A stretch of DNA of 64,000 bases from an uncultured bacterium (lineage in GTDB: Bacteria; Acidobacteriota; Thermoanaerobaculia; Multivoradales; JAHZIX01), in NCBI GenBank assembly GCA_965368975.1, contig CBDUPA010000024.1, forward strand, positions 1 to 64,000, in the 5' to 3' direction. Numbering within the stretch: position 1 is the first letter of the stretch; every line of letters starts with the position of its first letter. Positions 19,793 to 29,983 of this stretch are shown in pieces. The notes beneath the pieces are model-generated. The model did no database searches and had not been told where the DNA came from. It saw only the letters and a program-made list of their open reading frames with translations. The translations under genes and the position numbers were made by a program.

Positions 19793-20623
19793 ATGGCCAC
19801 TTACGCGATCGGCGACATCCACGGCTGCTGGACCAGCCTGCGTACTCTGCTACGCCAGCTGCCGTTCGAACCGGCTCACGACCGGCTCTGGCTGGTCGGC
19901 GACCTGGTCAACCGCGGCCCGGACTCGCTGGCTGTGCTGCGCTGGGTCACCGAACTGTCGGCGGCGATGGGGGAGCGCCTGGTTGCGGTCTTGGGCAATC
20001 ACGATCTACATCTACTGGCGCGCCACGCCGGACTGGTCGAGGCCAAGAACAAGGACACGCTGGAGACGGTGCTCGAAGCTCGTGACATCGACGATCTGGT
20101 TTCCTGGTTGCATGCGCGTCCCTTCCTGCACCTGGGTGGTGTCCACGCCGCCGCCGACCATCTGCTCGTGCATGCCGGCCTGCGTCCCAAGTGGACGGTG
20201 TCGAAGGCGATGGCCGCGGCGCGCAAGCTGGAAGCCGCCCACCGCGAGCCACGGCGGGCACGCGCGCTGCTGCAGCGCGATGCCAGCGGCGATCAGGCCG
20301 CTGGGCTGGCTGCAGGCCGGCGCAAGGCACAGGAGGCCTTCACCCTACTGCGCACGTGCACCGTGGACGGTGAGCTGTGCCACGGATTCAGCGGTCCGCC
20401 GCGAGAGGCGCCGAAAGGCTGCTTGCCTTGGTTCGACGTGCCGGGCCGGCGATCGACGCTGGAGCAGGGGGGTGTTGCCGTGGTGTGTGGCCATTGGGCG
20501 GCGCTCGGTCGGCTGCTGCGCAAGGATCTCGTGGCGCTCGACAGTGCTTGTGTCTGGGGCGGTGCACTGACCGCCGTGCGTCTCGACGACCGAAGGGTCT
20601 TCAAGCAGAAGGCGCTGGAGTAG
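19793..20623 (+). CDS. apaH: Symmetrical bis(5'-nucleosyl)-tetraphosphatase
   Basis: MATYAIGDIHGC, GDLVNRGPDSL, LGNHD, VHAG, GHWAALG, LDSACVWGG. Confidence 0.92.
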   Translation: MATYAIGDIHGCWTSLRTLLRQLPFEPAHDRLWLVGDLVNRGPDSLAVLRWVTELSAAMGERLVAVLGNHDLHLLARHAGLVEAKNKDTLETVLEARDIDDLVSWLHARPFLHLGGVHAAADHLLVHAGLRPKWTVSKAMAAARKLEAAHREPRRARALLQRDASGDQAAGLAAGRRKAQEAFTLLRTCTVDGELCHGFSGPPREAPKGCLPWFDVPGRRSTLEQGGVAVVCGHWAALGRLLRKDLVALDSACVWGGALTAVRLDDRRVFKQKALE

Positions 20624-22073
20624 CCGCCGCCCGCACCGCCGCTAGCAGCGCCTCGTCGTCGTCCGGGTCGACGGTGCGTAGGTCGAGGATCAGTACCTCT
20701 CCGCGCACGTAGCCCATCACCGGTGTTGCTCCCTGCCGCAGCCGTGCCGCGAACTCGTTCGGAGAGACGCGGCTGTCGGCAGATCCTGGCTTTTGGCCAG
20801 CTCCCTGTTCCTTGCGAAGGGGGGCTCGCACACCCAGAGCCTGGCCTGGGATCGGGCTCTCGGGCGCTGAGCCGCCACCGAGGTAGGCGTCGGCCTGCAA
20901 GATCTCCGTCTCGACGCCGCCGCGGCGCAGTGTCTCGGCGGCACGTTGCAGCCGCTCCTGGTGGGCCTCGGTGTCCGGCCACAGGCGATCGAGGGGCATC
21001 GGTGCACCCGCCAGGTGCCGGCGCAGGACGGCCTCCAGCGTCGCCAGCACCGTGCGGTCCGGGCGTAGCGCTCGGTACAACGGGTGCTGGCGGCAGCGCC
21101 GGACCAGGTCTGCGCGACCGACCAGCAAGCCGGCCTGCGGTCCGCCGAGCAGCTTGTCGCCACTGCCGCAGGCCAGGTCGCAGCCATCGGCGATCAACTG
21201 TTGCAGGCTGGCGTGATCCCGCAGCTGTGGTGACGCGTGCGGGCGCGGCAGGCCGCTGCCTTCGTCGACCAGCAGAGGCACGTCGTGGCGCCGGGCCAGC
21301 TCGGCCAGCTGGCGTGGCGACGCGGCCTGCGTGAATCCCTCGATCCGGTAGTTGCTCGGGAAGACCTTGAGCAGCAGGCCGGTGTCGTCATGCAGGCGTG
21401 CTGCGTAGTCGCCCAGACGCGTGCGATTGGTGGTCCCGACCTCAGCCAGGCGGGCACCGGACATCTCGAGGATGTCCGGGATGCGAAACGAGCCGCCGAT
21501 CTCCACCAATTCGCCGCGCGACACCAGCACCTCGCGCCCCTTGGCCAGCGTGCTCAGCACGAGCACCATGGCAGCGGCGTTGTTGTTGACCACGAGGCCG
21601 GCGTCGGCGCCGGTGAGTGCGGCGAGTAGCTGCCCGACCCGCTGGTTCCGGTCGCTGCGGCGGCCGGTGGATAGATCGACCTCGAGGTCACAGTAGGCGT
21701 CGAGGAAGGGGGGCAGAGAGGCCGTTACTGCACGCGGCAGCGGAGCACGGCCGAGGTTGGTGTGCAGCAGGATGCCGGTGGCGTTGAGCACGCGGCGCAG
21801 CGGCGTTCCGAGGGCTGCCTCCAGGCGCCGTGCCAGCACTTGCGCGGGAGTCCGTTCGAGTTCACGCAAGGCGTCGCCCGCGTCACCTCCCTGCTGCAAC
21901 GTGCGGCGCAAGGCGTCGAGTTCGAGTCGAGCTTGGACCCGTACTTGGTCCCGACCGTATAATGCTACGAGGTTCGCCACCGCCGGATCGTCGAGCAGCC
22001 GGTTGACCGCCGGCAAATGCCGACGCCGGTCGTCGGTTCTCGCCGATTCGGTGTCCGTAGAAATCTCGCTCAT
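20601..22073 (-). CDS. selA: L-seryl-tRNA(Sec) selenium transferase
   Basis: NATGILLHTNLGRAP, VVNNNAAA, SRGELVEIGGSFRIPD, EVGTTNRT, SGDKLLGGPQAG. Confidence 0.95.
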   Translation of the reverse strand: MSEISTDTESARTDDRRRHLPAVNRLLDDPAVANLVALYGRDQVRVQARLELDALRRTLQQGGDAGDALRELERTPAQVLARRLEAALGTPLRRVLNATGILLHTNLGRAPLPRAVTASLPPFLDAYCDLEVDLSTGRRSDRNQRVGQLLAALTGADAGLVVNNNAAAMVLVLSTLAKGREVLVSRGELVEIGGSFRIPDILEMSGARLAEVGTTNRTRLGDYAARLHDDTGLLLKVFPSNYRIEGFTQAASPRQLAELARRHDVPLLVDEGSGLPRPHASPQLRDHASLQQLIADGCDLACGSGDKLLGGPQAGLLVGRADLVRRCRQHPLYRALRPDRTVLATLEAVLRRHLAGAPMPLDRLWPDTEAHQERLQRAAETLRRGGVETEILQADAYLGGGSAPESPIPGQALGVRAPLRKEQGAGQKPGSADSRVSPNEFAARLRQGATPVMGYVRGEVLILDLRTVDPDDDEALLAAVRAAATPAPSA

Positions 22074-22093
22074 CGCTTGAGGCATTGTAGATC

Positions 22094-22765
22094 ATGGACC
22101 CATACAAGCCCTATCGGTCGCAGAACGCGCCCGCGCCCGCCGGCTACGATCCGACCAAGCCGTATCGCCAGCAGCTGCACGACGAGCAGCAGCAGCGCAA
22201 GGATTCTCTGGGGCGCCCCATCCACATGGGAGAGATCGAGGCGCTGGAGCGAGCCTTCAAGGAGCTGCAGGTCGAGTACGAGAAGTTCTTCAATGGGGCG
22301 AGCGAGATTCCACCCGAAGAGATGCGCCAGAAGCTGCAGACGCAGCTGCGCCGCTTGCGCAACCAGCCTCTGAGTTCGACCGAGAGCTTCCGTCTCGGCA
22401 CTTTCGAGGGCAAGTTCAACAGCTACACCGAGATGTTCAACCGCCGCATGCGCCTGATGGAAGAAGGCCGCACGCGGATTGGTACCGTGCGCACGACGGC
22501 GGTGTCCAAGGAGCGTGCGGCACACGATCCACAGCGCGGTGTCGTCATTGGCGACAGCGTCGATGCCGGCGCCGCGGAGGCGCTCTATAGTGGTTTGGCG
22601 GCCGGCTCCAATCCGCCGAAGTTCGACCTCGACAGCTTCAACACCTATCTCCAGCGTCAAGCCGAGCAGATTCGCCAGAAGACGGGTGCCGCTCAGGTGC
22701 AGTTCCGGCTGGAGCAGGACGATGGCGGCAAGATGCGCCTGAAGGCGCGGCCGCTGCGTTCTTGA
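22094..22765 (+). CDS. Hypothetical protein resembling MXAN_5187 C-terminal-domain proteins
   Basis: Helical N-domain (LQVEYEKFFNG...PP) and C-terminal LY...F...L..Q...IRQK.G...V.F pattern; alternative start 22226. Confidence 0.65.
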   Translation: MDPYKPYRSQNAPAPAGYDPTKPYRQQLHDEQQQRKDSLGRPIHMGEIEALERAFKELQVEYEKFFNGASEIPPEEMRQKLQTQLRRLRNQPLSSTESFRLGTFEGKFNSYTEMFNRRMRLMEEGRTRIGTVRTTAVSKERAAHDPQRGVVIGDSVDAGAAEALYSGLAAGSNPPKFDLDSFNTYLQRQAEQIRQKTGAAQVQFRLEQDDGGKMRLKARPLRS

Positions 22766-22841
22766 AAGCCCGTTCCTGAATCGATCCAAGATGATCCGAG
22801 TTGCTACATCGCGATCCGAGAAATGAGAGTTCGGCGCCCCG

Positions 22842-23861
22842 GTGCCGGCCGATAGGAGATCTCCTCCCTTGCGTAAAATCATCCTCCGTACCTGCTGCCT
22901 CGCCGCCGGTTTCGGCCTTGCCGTCTCCCTGACGGTGGCCTCGCCGGCGCCACCCAACCTCCAACGTGCGCTGGAAGTTCAGCAGACTCTGGCCGCGCAG
23001 CGTCCAAGCGATGCCGACACGCTCAACGACCTGGGCAATCTGCTACTTCTGGCCGGCCGCCTGGGCGAGGCCGAGAGTGCCTACCGCCGCGCCATCGAGC
23101 TCGATGCCCAGCACGCTGGCTACTATTACAACCTGGCGTTGTTGCTCGACCGTCGCGGGGATGGTGCCGGCGCGCGCAAGGCCCTGGAAGAAGCGGTTCG
23201 GCTCGATCCCGAGCACGCTTGGGCGTTCTACCAGTTGGGCACCGTGCTGCACGGGCAGGGTCTGGTCAACGCCGCGGTGAAGGCCTACGCCGAGGCGCTC
23301 TTCCTCGACCCCAACCTGGCGTCCAGTCGCGTCAATCCGCACGTGATCGAGAATCCCCTGCTCACCGAGGCCATGATCTTGGCCTACCGCAAGACCTCGA
23401 CGCAGCCGCTGGCACCGCGGGACTACGAAGATCCGCAGCGCATTGCCGAGCTGATGGTGCAGTTGGAGTTCACCGACGACCAGCGGGCGGCGGGGGAGCC
23501 AGCCAGCGACACCAGCGCGCGGCCTGATCGGCCACGTTCGACGATGGCGCCAGGCGACGAGGAGGCAGAGGGTGCACTCGATGAAGATGCAGAGGAGCGG
23601 GCACGCTCGGGTGGCGGTTCCCTGACCGTCAGCGGTAGCACGGTAGGTGCCGATGCTGCGACCAGTGACACGGCTCCCGGCACGCGCGTGCGTGGCCTGA
23701 CCACGCGCAGCCTACGCACCGAACCGAATGCCGGTGGCGCAGCTCCCAATGCCGTGCGTCCGCCGCGCGGTACACGCTACGTGCCGCGCAGCACGGGCAG
23801 CCTGGAACTGCAGTTGCTACCCGGACCAGGCCAGCAGAAAGACGAAGATCGGCAGACGTGA
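22842..23861 (+). CDS. Exported TPR protein with low-complexity tail
   Basis: Signal-like N-terminus; three TPRs (NDLGNLL, YNLALLL, YQLGTVL). Start uncertain. Confidence 0.8.
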   Translation: MPADRRSPPLRKIILRTCCLAAGFGLAVSLTVASPAPPNLQRALEVQQTLAAQRPSDADTLNDLGNLLLLAGRLGEAESAYRRAIELDAQHAGYYYNLALLLDRRGDGAGARKALEEAVRLDPEHAWAFYQLGTVLHGQGLVNAAVKAYAEALFLDPNLASSRVNPHVIENPLLTEAMILAYRKTSTQPLAPRDYEDPQRIAELMVQLEFTDDQRAAGEPASDTSARPDRPRSTMAPGDEEAEGALDEDAEERARSGGGSLTVSGSTVGADAATSDTAPGTRVRGLTTRSLRTEPNAGGAAPNAVRPPRGTRYVPRSTGSLELQLLPGPGQQKDEDRQT

Positions 23862-23890
23862 GTTCCGGCTCCGAGGAAACTCCCCTCTGG

Positions 23891-23917
23891 GTAGGGGTAC
23901 CCCCGTGTGGGTGCCCC
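23891..23917 (+). repeat. GTAG-type REP-like palindrome
   Basis: gtag followed by gggtaccc ccgtgt gggtgccc imperfect hairpin between convergent genes. Confidence 0.5.
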
Positions 23918-23940
23918 ACGGTATAGCCACATCCGATATC

Positions 23941-24813
23941 TCACTCCAGCGCGTCGAGGAACTTCAGCAGATCTCGCACGAACGCGTCCGGCTGATCCAG
24001 GAAGGGCCAGTGGCCGGCATGCGCGATCGGCCAGTACTCGACGCCCGCCTCGCGCAGCCGCGAGCGCGAGAACTCGCCGGTGCCGCGTGGATCGCCGAGC
24101 AGGTAGATCTGCGGCAGCGTCAGATTCGCCAGGCGTGCCGCCAACTCGCCGGTGTCGGACACCGCGGCGCCGGGTTCGGCCGCCTTCGACAGGGCGACCA
24201 GGTCCAGGCTGTTGCGGTGGTACTGCCGCGGGTCGCACAGGCGCAGGCTCGGGTAGTAGGTGCGTAGCGCCAGGTCTTCGACGCCGTCGAGATAGAGCTG
24301 CTGGGCGATCGCCGCGAAGCCGTTGTTCACGAAATCGGCCAGCGAGTAGGCTGCCGCCTTGCTGCTGAAGCCGCAATCGTCGAGCGAGATGTTGCCCTCG
24401 ACGTTGACGAAGGCGCGTACCAGCTCCGGTGCGCGCTCGCACAGCAGCAACCCGAGGACGCCGCCCATCGAATGTCCGACCAGTACCACCGGTGCCTCAC
24501 CGCGGCCGCGCAGCCAGGCGGCGAGGAGGTCGGCGAGGCCGTCGAGGTCGAGGGGCTGCTCGCGCCAGGGGGTCTTGCCATAGCCCGGCAGGTCGACCGC
24601 CAGCTGCCGCCAAGCTGCCAGCCGCGGATCGGCCAGCTGGTTCTCGAAGCCAAGGCCGGATTCTCCCAGGCCATGGATGTAGAGCAGCGTGCCGAGGGGT
24701 TGGGTGCCGAGGGGCTGCGCATCCGCGGCAGCGGCCTCGCACGTGCTGCGCAAGTAGAGGCCGTCTGTGAAGCCATGCTGTACCAGGCCGTTTCGTACCT
24801 TGATCGACTCCAA
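23941..24813 (-). CDS. Alpha/beta hydrolase
   Basis: YIHGLG, DLPGYG, GHSMGG nucleophile elbow, AGHW catalytic His. Confidence 0.9.
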   Translation of the reverse strand: MESIKVRNGLVQHGFTDGLYLRSTCEAAAADAQPLGTQPLGTLLYIHGLGESGLGFENQLADPRLAAWRQLAVDLPGYGKTPWREQPLDLDGLADLLAAWLRGRGEAPVVLVGHSMGGVLGLLLCERAPELVRAFVNVEGNISLDDCGFSSKAAAYSLADFVNNGFAAIAQQLYLDGVEDLALRTYYPSLRLCDPRQYHRNSLDLVALSKAAEPGAAVSDTGELAARLANLTLPQIYLLGDPRGTGEFSRSRLREAGVEYWPIAHAGHWPFLDQPDAFVRDLLKFLDALE

Positions 24814-24870
24814 GAGTGAACTCCTTTCGCAGCGATTCTACCGGTGTGGCCTCGAAGATGACACGATTCC

Positions 24871-24899
24871 TTGCTTCATGAATAGTCTTATGCTAATTT
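24871..24899 (+). promoter_or_regulatory. Putative sigma70 promoter upstream of mtaB
   Basis: TTGCTT-17 nt-TAATTT with TG extended -10, in a locally AT-rich patch. Confidence 0.5.
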
Positions 24900-25141
24900 C
24901 TCTATGTCTCATCCTCTCCGACGAGTCACCCGAAGCTGGTTCGAGGCTTCGTGTCTGGGAGGAGGGACCCCATACAGTCATCCCACCCCGTTTCCTGCCC
25001 CATCCGGCGGCGAGCGTCAGGCTTCATTGTCTGGCTCGCCGCTCTTGCCGTATGCCTGGGAATCGCCGCGCTTGCATCGAAGGTTCCGGCGCGGGCGCCG
25101 TGGCCGCAGGTGGAATCGAGGTTTGCTAAGCTGTCGCGGCC

Positions 25142-26539
25142 ATGCGCGTCTGTTTCACCAACCTCGGCTGCAAGCTCAACCAGGCGGAGCTGGAGAAGAT
25201 GGCGCGGCAGTTTCATGCCGCCGGCCACCAAGTCGTAGCGACGCTCGACCGTGCCGACCTGCACGTCATCAACACCTGCACCGTCACCCACATGGCCGCC
25301 CGTGGCTCGCGCAAGCTCGCGCGCCGCGGCAGCCGCCACCATCCGGGCCTGCGCACCGTGCTCACCGGTTGCTATGTGAGCGAGCAGCCGGAGCAAGCCG
25401 CCGAATTGGCCGGCGTCGACCTGGTGGTGCCCAACGACGTCAAGGATGAACTCTTGGCGCGCGTTCACGCCGCCTTCCCGGACGAGGTCCCCGAGCAGCT
25501 GCACGGGCACCTGCAGGGACGTCCCGGCGACCTGCCCTACCTGCCCGAAGTCGCAGGCACCTGGGGGCCGCTCGAGTTCGGCAACACGCGCGGCCTGGTG
25601 AAGGTCGAGGACGGCTGCAACATGCGCTGCTCCTTCTGCATCATCCCGTTCACTCGCGGACGCCAGCACAGCCGTCCGTTGACCGACTGTGTTGCCGAAG
25701 TGCAGGCGCTGGCCGAAGGTGGCTACCAGGAAGTCGTCGTCACTGGCGTCCAGATCTCCTCCTACCGCACCCCCGAGGGTGAACGCCTCTACGACCTCGT
25801 GCACGCCCTGCTCGCCGACACCGACATCCCGCGCCTGCGCCTGACCTCCATCGCCCCCTGGCAGCTCGACCGTCGATTGCTGCGCCTCTGGTCCGAAGCC
25901 GGCAGCGCGCGTGGCGGTCGCCAGGGGACAAGCCACCACGGAGCAAGCCACCAGGGGACGAGCCACAGGGGCACCCGACTGTGCCGTCACGTCCACTTCT
26001 CCCTGCAGAGCGGCAGCACCGAAACCCTGCATCGCATGCGCCGCCCCTACACGGCCGAGCAGTACGCCGACCTGCTGGCCGAAGTGCGCGACGCCGTCCC
26101 CGGCATGGCCGTCACTACCGACGTCATCGTCGGTTTCCCGGGCGAGACCGACGCGGAGTTCGATGACAACCTCGCCTTCACCCAGCGCATGGTCTTCGCC
26201 AAGGTCCACGCCTTCCCCTACTCCAGCCGCCCCGGCACCCTCGCCGCCAACCTGCCGGACCACGTCGAGCACAGCGTCAAGCGCGAACGCATGGCCCGCA
26301 TGTTGGCGGTCACCGAGGCTGCGGAAGAAGACTTCCGCCGTGCCCAGTTGGGGCAAACAGCGGAAGTGTTGTGGGAGGGAGCGAGAGAGGGAGTGTGGCA
26401 GGGGATGACCGACAACTACCTGCGTGTCTTTACTGAGAGTAGCGAGGATCTGGGGAATCGTCTGCTGCCGGTGCAGCTGGAAGAGATGGTCGATGGGGGC
26501 GTCAAGGGACGGGTGCTCAGCGGTAGACGAGCTGCGTAG
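25142..26539 (+). CDS. mtaB: tRNA t6A37 methylthiotransferase (MiaB/MtaB radical SAM family)
   Basis: LGCKLNQAE, INTCTVT, TGC, CNMRCSFCIIPFTRG, DVIVGFPGET, HAFPYSSRPGT, GMTDNY. Confidence 0.9.
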   Translation: MRVCFTNLGCKLNQAELEKMARQFHAAGHQVVATLDRADLHVINTCTVTHMAARGSRKLARRGSRHHPGLRTVLTGCYVSEQPEQAAELAGVDLVVPNDVKDELLARVHAAFPDEVPEQLHGHLQGRPGDLPYLPEVAGTWGPLEFGNTRGLVKVEDGCNMRCSFCIIPFTRGRQHSRPLTDCVAEVQALAEGGYQEVVVTGVQISSYRTPEGERLYDLVHALLADTDIPRLRLTSIAPWQLDRRLLRLWSEAGSARGGRQGTSHHGASHQGTSHRGTRLCRHVHFSLQSGSTETLHRMRRPYTAEQYADLLAEVRDAVPGMAVTTDVIVGFPGETDAEFDDNLAFTQRMVFAKVHAFPYSSRPGTLAANLPDHVEHSVKRERMARMLAVTEAAEEDFRRAQLGQTAEVLWEGAREGVWQGMTDNYLRVFTESSEDLGNRLLPVQLEEMVDGGVKGRVLSGRRAA

Positions 26540-28370
26540 CTTTGGGTAAGGGTGGCGGCGCGTCGGGCTGGGCGAGCAGCATGTAGGCGAGCCACGCCGT
26601 GCCGCCCTTGCGCGCCACCACCCAGCGTGCGATACGTAGGGCACGAGCGACTGTCCGGCCGCCGGCGATGGCCCGGTAGAAGACGCGGGCCAAGATGGCC
26701 GCTTGACTATCCGGAACTTCCCAGCGAGTGCCGATGAAAGCGGCGGCACCGACCTCGAGGAAGCGCTCGGCGAAGCCGACGTCCCGGGTCAGGGCGAGGC
26801 CGGCTTGCCCGGACTTGCAACCGTTGAGGAAGACTAGGGGGTGACCGAGGCCCAGATCTCCGGCGCTACCGTTGAGGTCGACAGGGGTAAACTCTTCGCT
26901 GGCTTCCAGATGTAAGGCGTTGCGCAGCGGGTTAGTACTGGAAGCGGTCGCATGACCAGCGTAGTGAATGAGGTGGAAGTCGCCTCTCGACAGGGCGCTG
27001 GTCACCGCGTTGCGGCGCGCCACCACGTGCTGCCACTCGGGAGGATCTGCCAGGCCAAAAGATGCGGGTGTCAGGCGTGAGGCTTCCGGAAGCTTCGAGT
27101 CACCGGGCACGATGAGCAGAGCCTTGCGCCAGCGCGCTAGTTTGTAGGCCTGGGCCTTGGAGTGCCAGCGCGTCACCTCGAAGCGTTCACACAGCATGCC
27201 GAAGACTTCCACTCGACCCTGTGCATTCTTGCTCTGCAAGGTGCAAAGTTCCCAGGGGACCCAGCTCTCGTCCGAGTGAATGTGCAGCGTCCGAATGTGA
27301 TTACGGTGCTGCCATAGGAGGGCCTGGATTTCTGCCGGGAGCAGTTGATCGGTCAACTCGAAGCCCAGGTTGCGCAGATGCTGGCGAGACGGTTGCTTCA
27401 AGTCTTGCAGGTCCCGCAACAGTGGCCTCAGGAACTCCTGCGGATCTTGAGTCAACCACAAGGGCTCGGAGGCTTCGAAGTGAAATCCGATTGGCTGCGA
27501 GTGAGCGCGGACCACCCAGCCTTGACGTCCGTGTCGCCAGGTCCGACGAATGATCAGGTCGATGTCGGGTGCTGCGTTGCGCAGGCCGTCGAGATCTACG
27601 GACGACAAGGTTGCATTGTGCGTAGAGTGGCTTGCCGCCCGCATCTGCTTCGGCTCCGCCGTTACCTCCACCCTCAGCGTCAACTTGCCCAGTGCTTGAC
27701 CCTCGTGAAAGGCATAGATCAGGACCTTCGTGTTTCCGGTCTTCACGGCTCTGATCTTGAATTGCTCTGCGGGGGAATCTTTATCGGCATCGAAGATCAG
27801 AGTTGCCTCCCGCCGTTTGCCCCGCTCCAGTCCCGGTTCGACCTCGATCACTACGTCGACCTCGGCGCCCGGTGGCAAGTAGATCGGCATGGCGTCGAAG
27901 GCGTAGACGACCTCGGGTGTGAGGTAGACGAGGAGAGATGCAGTGTCACCGAGAACAAGCTGCTGCGGGAATTTCGCGTGCAGCGAGCCCGACACCCTCC
28001 CGCCGCTGCGCGCGCTGCGCGTCGGCCCCAGGGACCGCAGCTCGGGCGCGAGAAAGCCATAGACCTCACCGTCGTCATCGAGCACAACGCAAGTCTCGAG
28101 GGCCTGCTCGATCGGCAGGTTCCACGAGACCTGTTCTACTGCCTGTAGCTGGCCGAGTTGCAGCGCCTGCGCCAGTGGCTCATCAGTGTCGAGACGCAGG
28201 TGGCGCAGTGTCCGCCGGCTGAGCAGGTAGTAGAGCGCTCCGTGCTCGTCCTGCCGGCGCACGAGGACGTGGGTGAAGTCGACCTCTACCAGCCACTGCC
28301 CCAGACGCCGAGCCAGTTCGTCGGCGTCCAGGAGCAGGAAGCTGTGGTGCGCGGCTGTGCGTAGGGTCAT
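26517..28370 (-). CDS. CHAT domain (caspase-clan) protein with N-terminal accessory domains
   Basis: VPWEL, IHYAGH and VFLNGC dyad, FLEVGAAAFIGTRWEV; ATGA overlap with upstream gene. Confidence 0.85.
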   Translation of the reverse strand: MTLRTAAHHSFLLLDADELARRLGQWLVEVDFTHVLVRRQDEHGALYYLLSRRTLRHLRLDTDEPLAQALQLGQLQAVEQVSWNLPIEQALETCVVLDDDGEVYGFLAPELRSLGPTRSARSGGRVSGSLHAKFPQQLVLGDTASLLVYLTPEVVYAFDAMPIYLPPGAEVDVVIEVEPGLERGKRREATLIFDADKDSPAEQFKIRAVKTGNTKVLIYAFHEGQALGKLTLRVEVTAEPKQMRAASHSTHNATLSSVDLDGLRNAAPDIDLIIRRTWRHGRQGWVVRAHSQPIGFHFEASEPLWLTQDPQEFLRPLLRDLQDLKQPSRQHLRNLGFELTDQLLPAEIQALLWQHRNHIRTLHIHSDESWVPWELCTLQSKNAQGRVEVFGMLCERFEVTRWHSKAQAYKLARWRKALLIVPGDSKLPEASRLTPASFGLADPPEWQHVVARRNAVTSALSRGDFHLIHYAGHATASSTNPLRNALHLEASEEFTPVDLNGSAGDLGLGHPLVFLNGCKSGQAGLALTRDVGFAERFLEVGAAAFIGTRWEVPDSQAAILARVFYRAIAGGRTVARALRIARWVVARKGGTAWLAYMLLAQPDAPPPLPKATQLVYR

Positions 28371-29983
28371 GGCTCGAGGTCAGGTGAACCTGAAAGCGGC
28401 ACTGTCTGATGGTAGCCCGCTCGCTTCAGATGTCCGCCAAGCAACCGGGTCGCCGGATCGCCCAGTAGTACGAAGTTGCGCGCGTCGTTGTTGGCCAGCC
28501 ACAGCGCGTTCTCATCACGCGCAACCAATTGGGTGTTGCGGTTGGGGTCGATCTCGGCGTTGAGCATCGTGGAAAGCTGAGAGTGACGCGAGTTCAGCCA
28601 TTCCATGGCGTAGCCGGTGGTGTAGCCCATCATCAGGGAACGCAACACGGCTTCGTAAGTGATCAGCTCACTGCTTTCGCCGAGGAACGAGAATGAGGTC
28701 TCCCAGGCGCGATCGACGTGGCCGATGAAGGCGGTCGCACCGTTGGCGAGCAGCTCTTGTGGCAGCTTGGCCAGGAAGGGCTCTTCGGCGCTGAAGTCGG
28801 TGCCGTGGCGGTTCTGCTGTCGGAAGTGGTCATAGTTCGGGGTGCCGGCGCCGAAGCAGCTGAACTGGAAGAACACCCGTCCCAGCAACTCCATGTCTCG
28901 GCTGAGATCGCCGGCATGGAAGCACTGTCCCACTTCGGGTGGGTGACCGAGGCCGGGCCAATCCTGGCACAGCAAGGCACCTTGCTGGCTTTGCTGCAAG
29001 GGGTGGCTGCGCGGGTAGGCGAGACCATGCCCACCGAGGAAAGTACAAGCGGAGTTGCTGCTGCCAGCGAGCAATGACGCAAGTTGCTGCTTAGAAGCCT
29101 GATCCCCGAGGTAGCGGTGAATTTCCCACGCTTCCGGGATCTTCTCCAGGCGTTGGATGAGCGGAAGGATCAACTCCGCTTGCATCAACTGAGTCGCCAC
29201 GTCACGGGGGTTGCGAGCGGCAAAAAAGTCAATTCCCGGTTCGAGAGGACACCGTTGCTGTTCCGCACGCACGATGTTCTGCGCGTAGCGGGCGTAGTCC
29301 TCGATATCGTCGAAGTGCAGTCGGCCGACGGCATATTGGACGTCGAGTTCGAACTGTAGCTGATAGGGAATTTCGGCTGGACTTCCGACCAGTAGGATGA
29401 AGTAGGGCAGAGTCTCGGCATCCGGCGGACCCAAGCCGACGCCGACACGGCGCAGGAACTGGAAGGTCGATTCTCCTGGGCGGTAGCCGTCCGGCCCACT
29501 CCAGATCTTGTAGCGCTTTCCAGCTTCGTCTTCTCGATGGTCCAGCAGGCGCCGGAGCTTGTGCTCGATCTTGGGATCAGCATGTTGAGGGATGACCACG
29601 GCCCAGCCCGCTTCGTCCAGCCGCTGGTGGTTCACCCACGGCACGGGTGCACGCCTGGGCTCTAGCTTGGTGAGACGGTGTATCCGCTCGACCCAGCGCC
29701 GGATCCAGTCCAGGATCGTCTTATCTTTGGGTGGGGGAGTGCCGAAGCGGGCAGCATGAATCTCGTCCCAGCTCAAGGGGGGAGCCAAGTACTCGCCACA
29801 CCGGGCGTCGATGCCATTGAGATAGACCCACTCGCCGGGGGGAGGGAAGTCGAGATACGCAGCTTGCGGGTCTTCGCCTTCCCCCTTCGGGGTCTCTTCG
29901 ATTGAGCCGGGATCTTCGCGCCAACGTTTGCGCCACGTTGGGAGGACCGATCGAAACTCCTTCTCTGACGGTTCCTGCATCAT
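28367..29983 (-). CDS. Gingipain/C25-like caspase-clan peptidase
   Basis: PYFILLVGSPAEIPY..VGRL, GGHG and FSCFGAG dyad, FIGHVDRAW, FVLLGDPA; ATGA overlap with upstream gene. Confidence 0.75.
   Translation of the reverse strand: MMQEPSEKEFRSVLPTWRKRWREDPGSIEETPKGEGEDPQAAYLDFPPPGEWVYLNGIDARCGEYLAPPLSWDEIHAARFGTPPPKDKTILDWIRRWVERIHRLTKLEPRRAPVPWVNHQRLDEAGWAVVIPQHADPKIEHKLRRLLDHREDEAGKRYKIWSGPDGYRPGESTFQFLRRVGVGLGPPDAETLPYFILLVGSPAEIPYQLQFELDVQYAVGRLHFDDIEDYARYAQNIVRAEQQRCPLEPGIDFFAARNPRDVATQLMQAELILPLIQRLEKIPEAWEIHRYLGDQASKQQLASLLAGSSNSACTFLGGHGLAYPRSHPLQQSQQGALLCQDWPGLGHPPEVGQCFHAGDLSRDMELLGRVFFQFSCFGAGTPNYDHFRQQNRHGTDFSAEEPFLAKLPQELLANGATAFIGHVDRAWETSFSFLGESSELITYEAVLRSLMMGYTTGYAMEWLNSRHSQLSTMLNAEIDPNRNTQLVARDENALWLANNDARNFVLLGDPATRLLGGHLKRAGYHQTVPLSGSPDLEP

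Noticed and set aside
9956-22073. Selenium utilisation locus (selA plus desulfurase)
   Set aside because: The genes are ~9 kb apart; no selB, selC, selD or UGA-recoded ORF was noticed.
13978-24813. Contiguous natural-product gene cluster
   Set aside because: No NRPS/PKS core; the candidate genes are interleaved with pilT, apaH and selA in mixed orientation.
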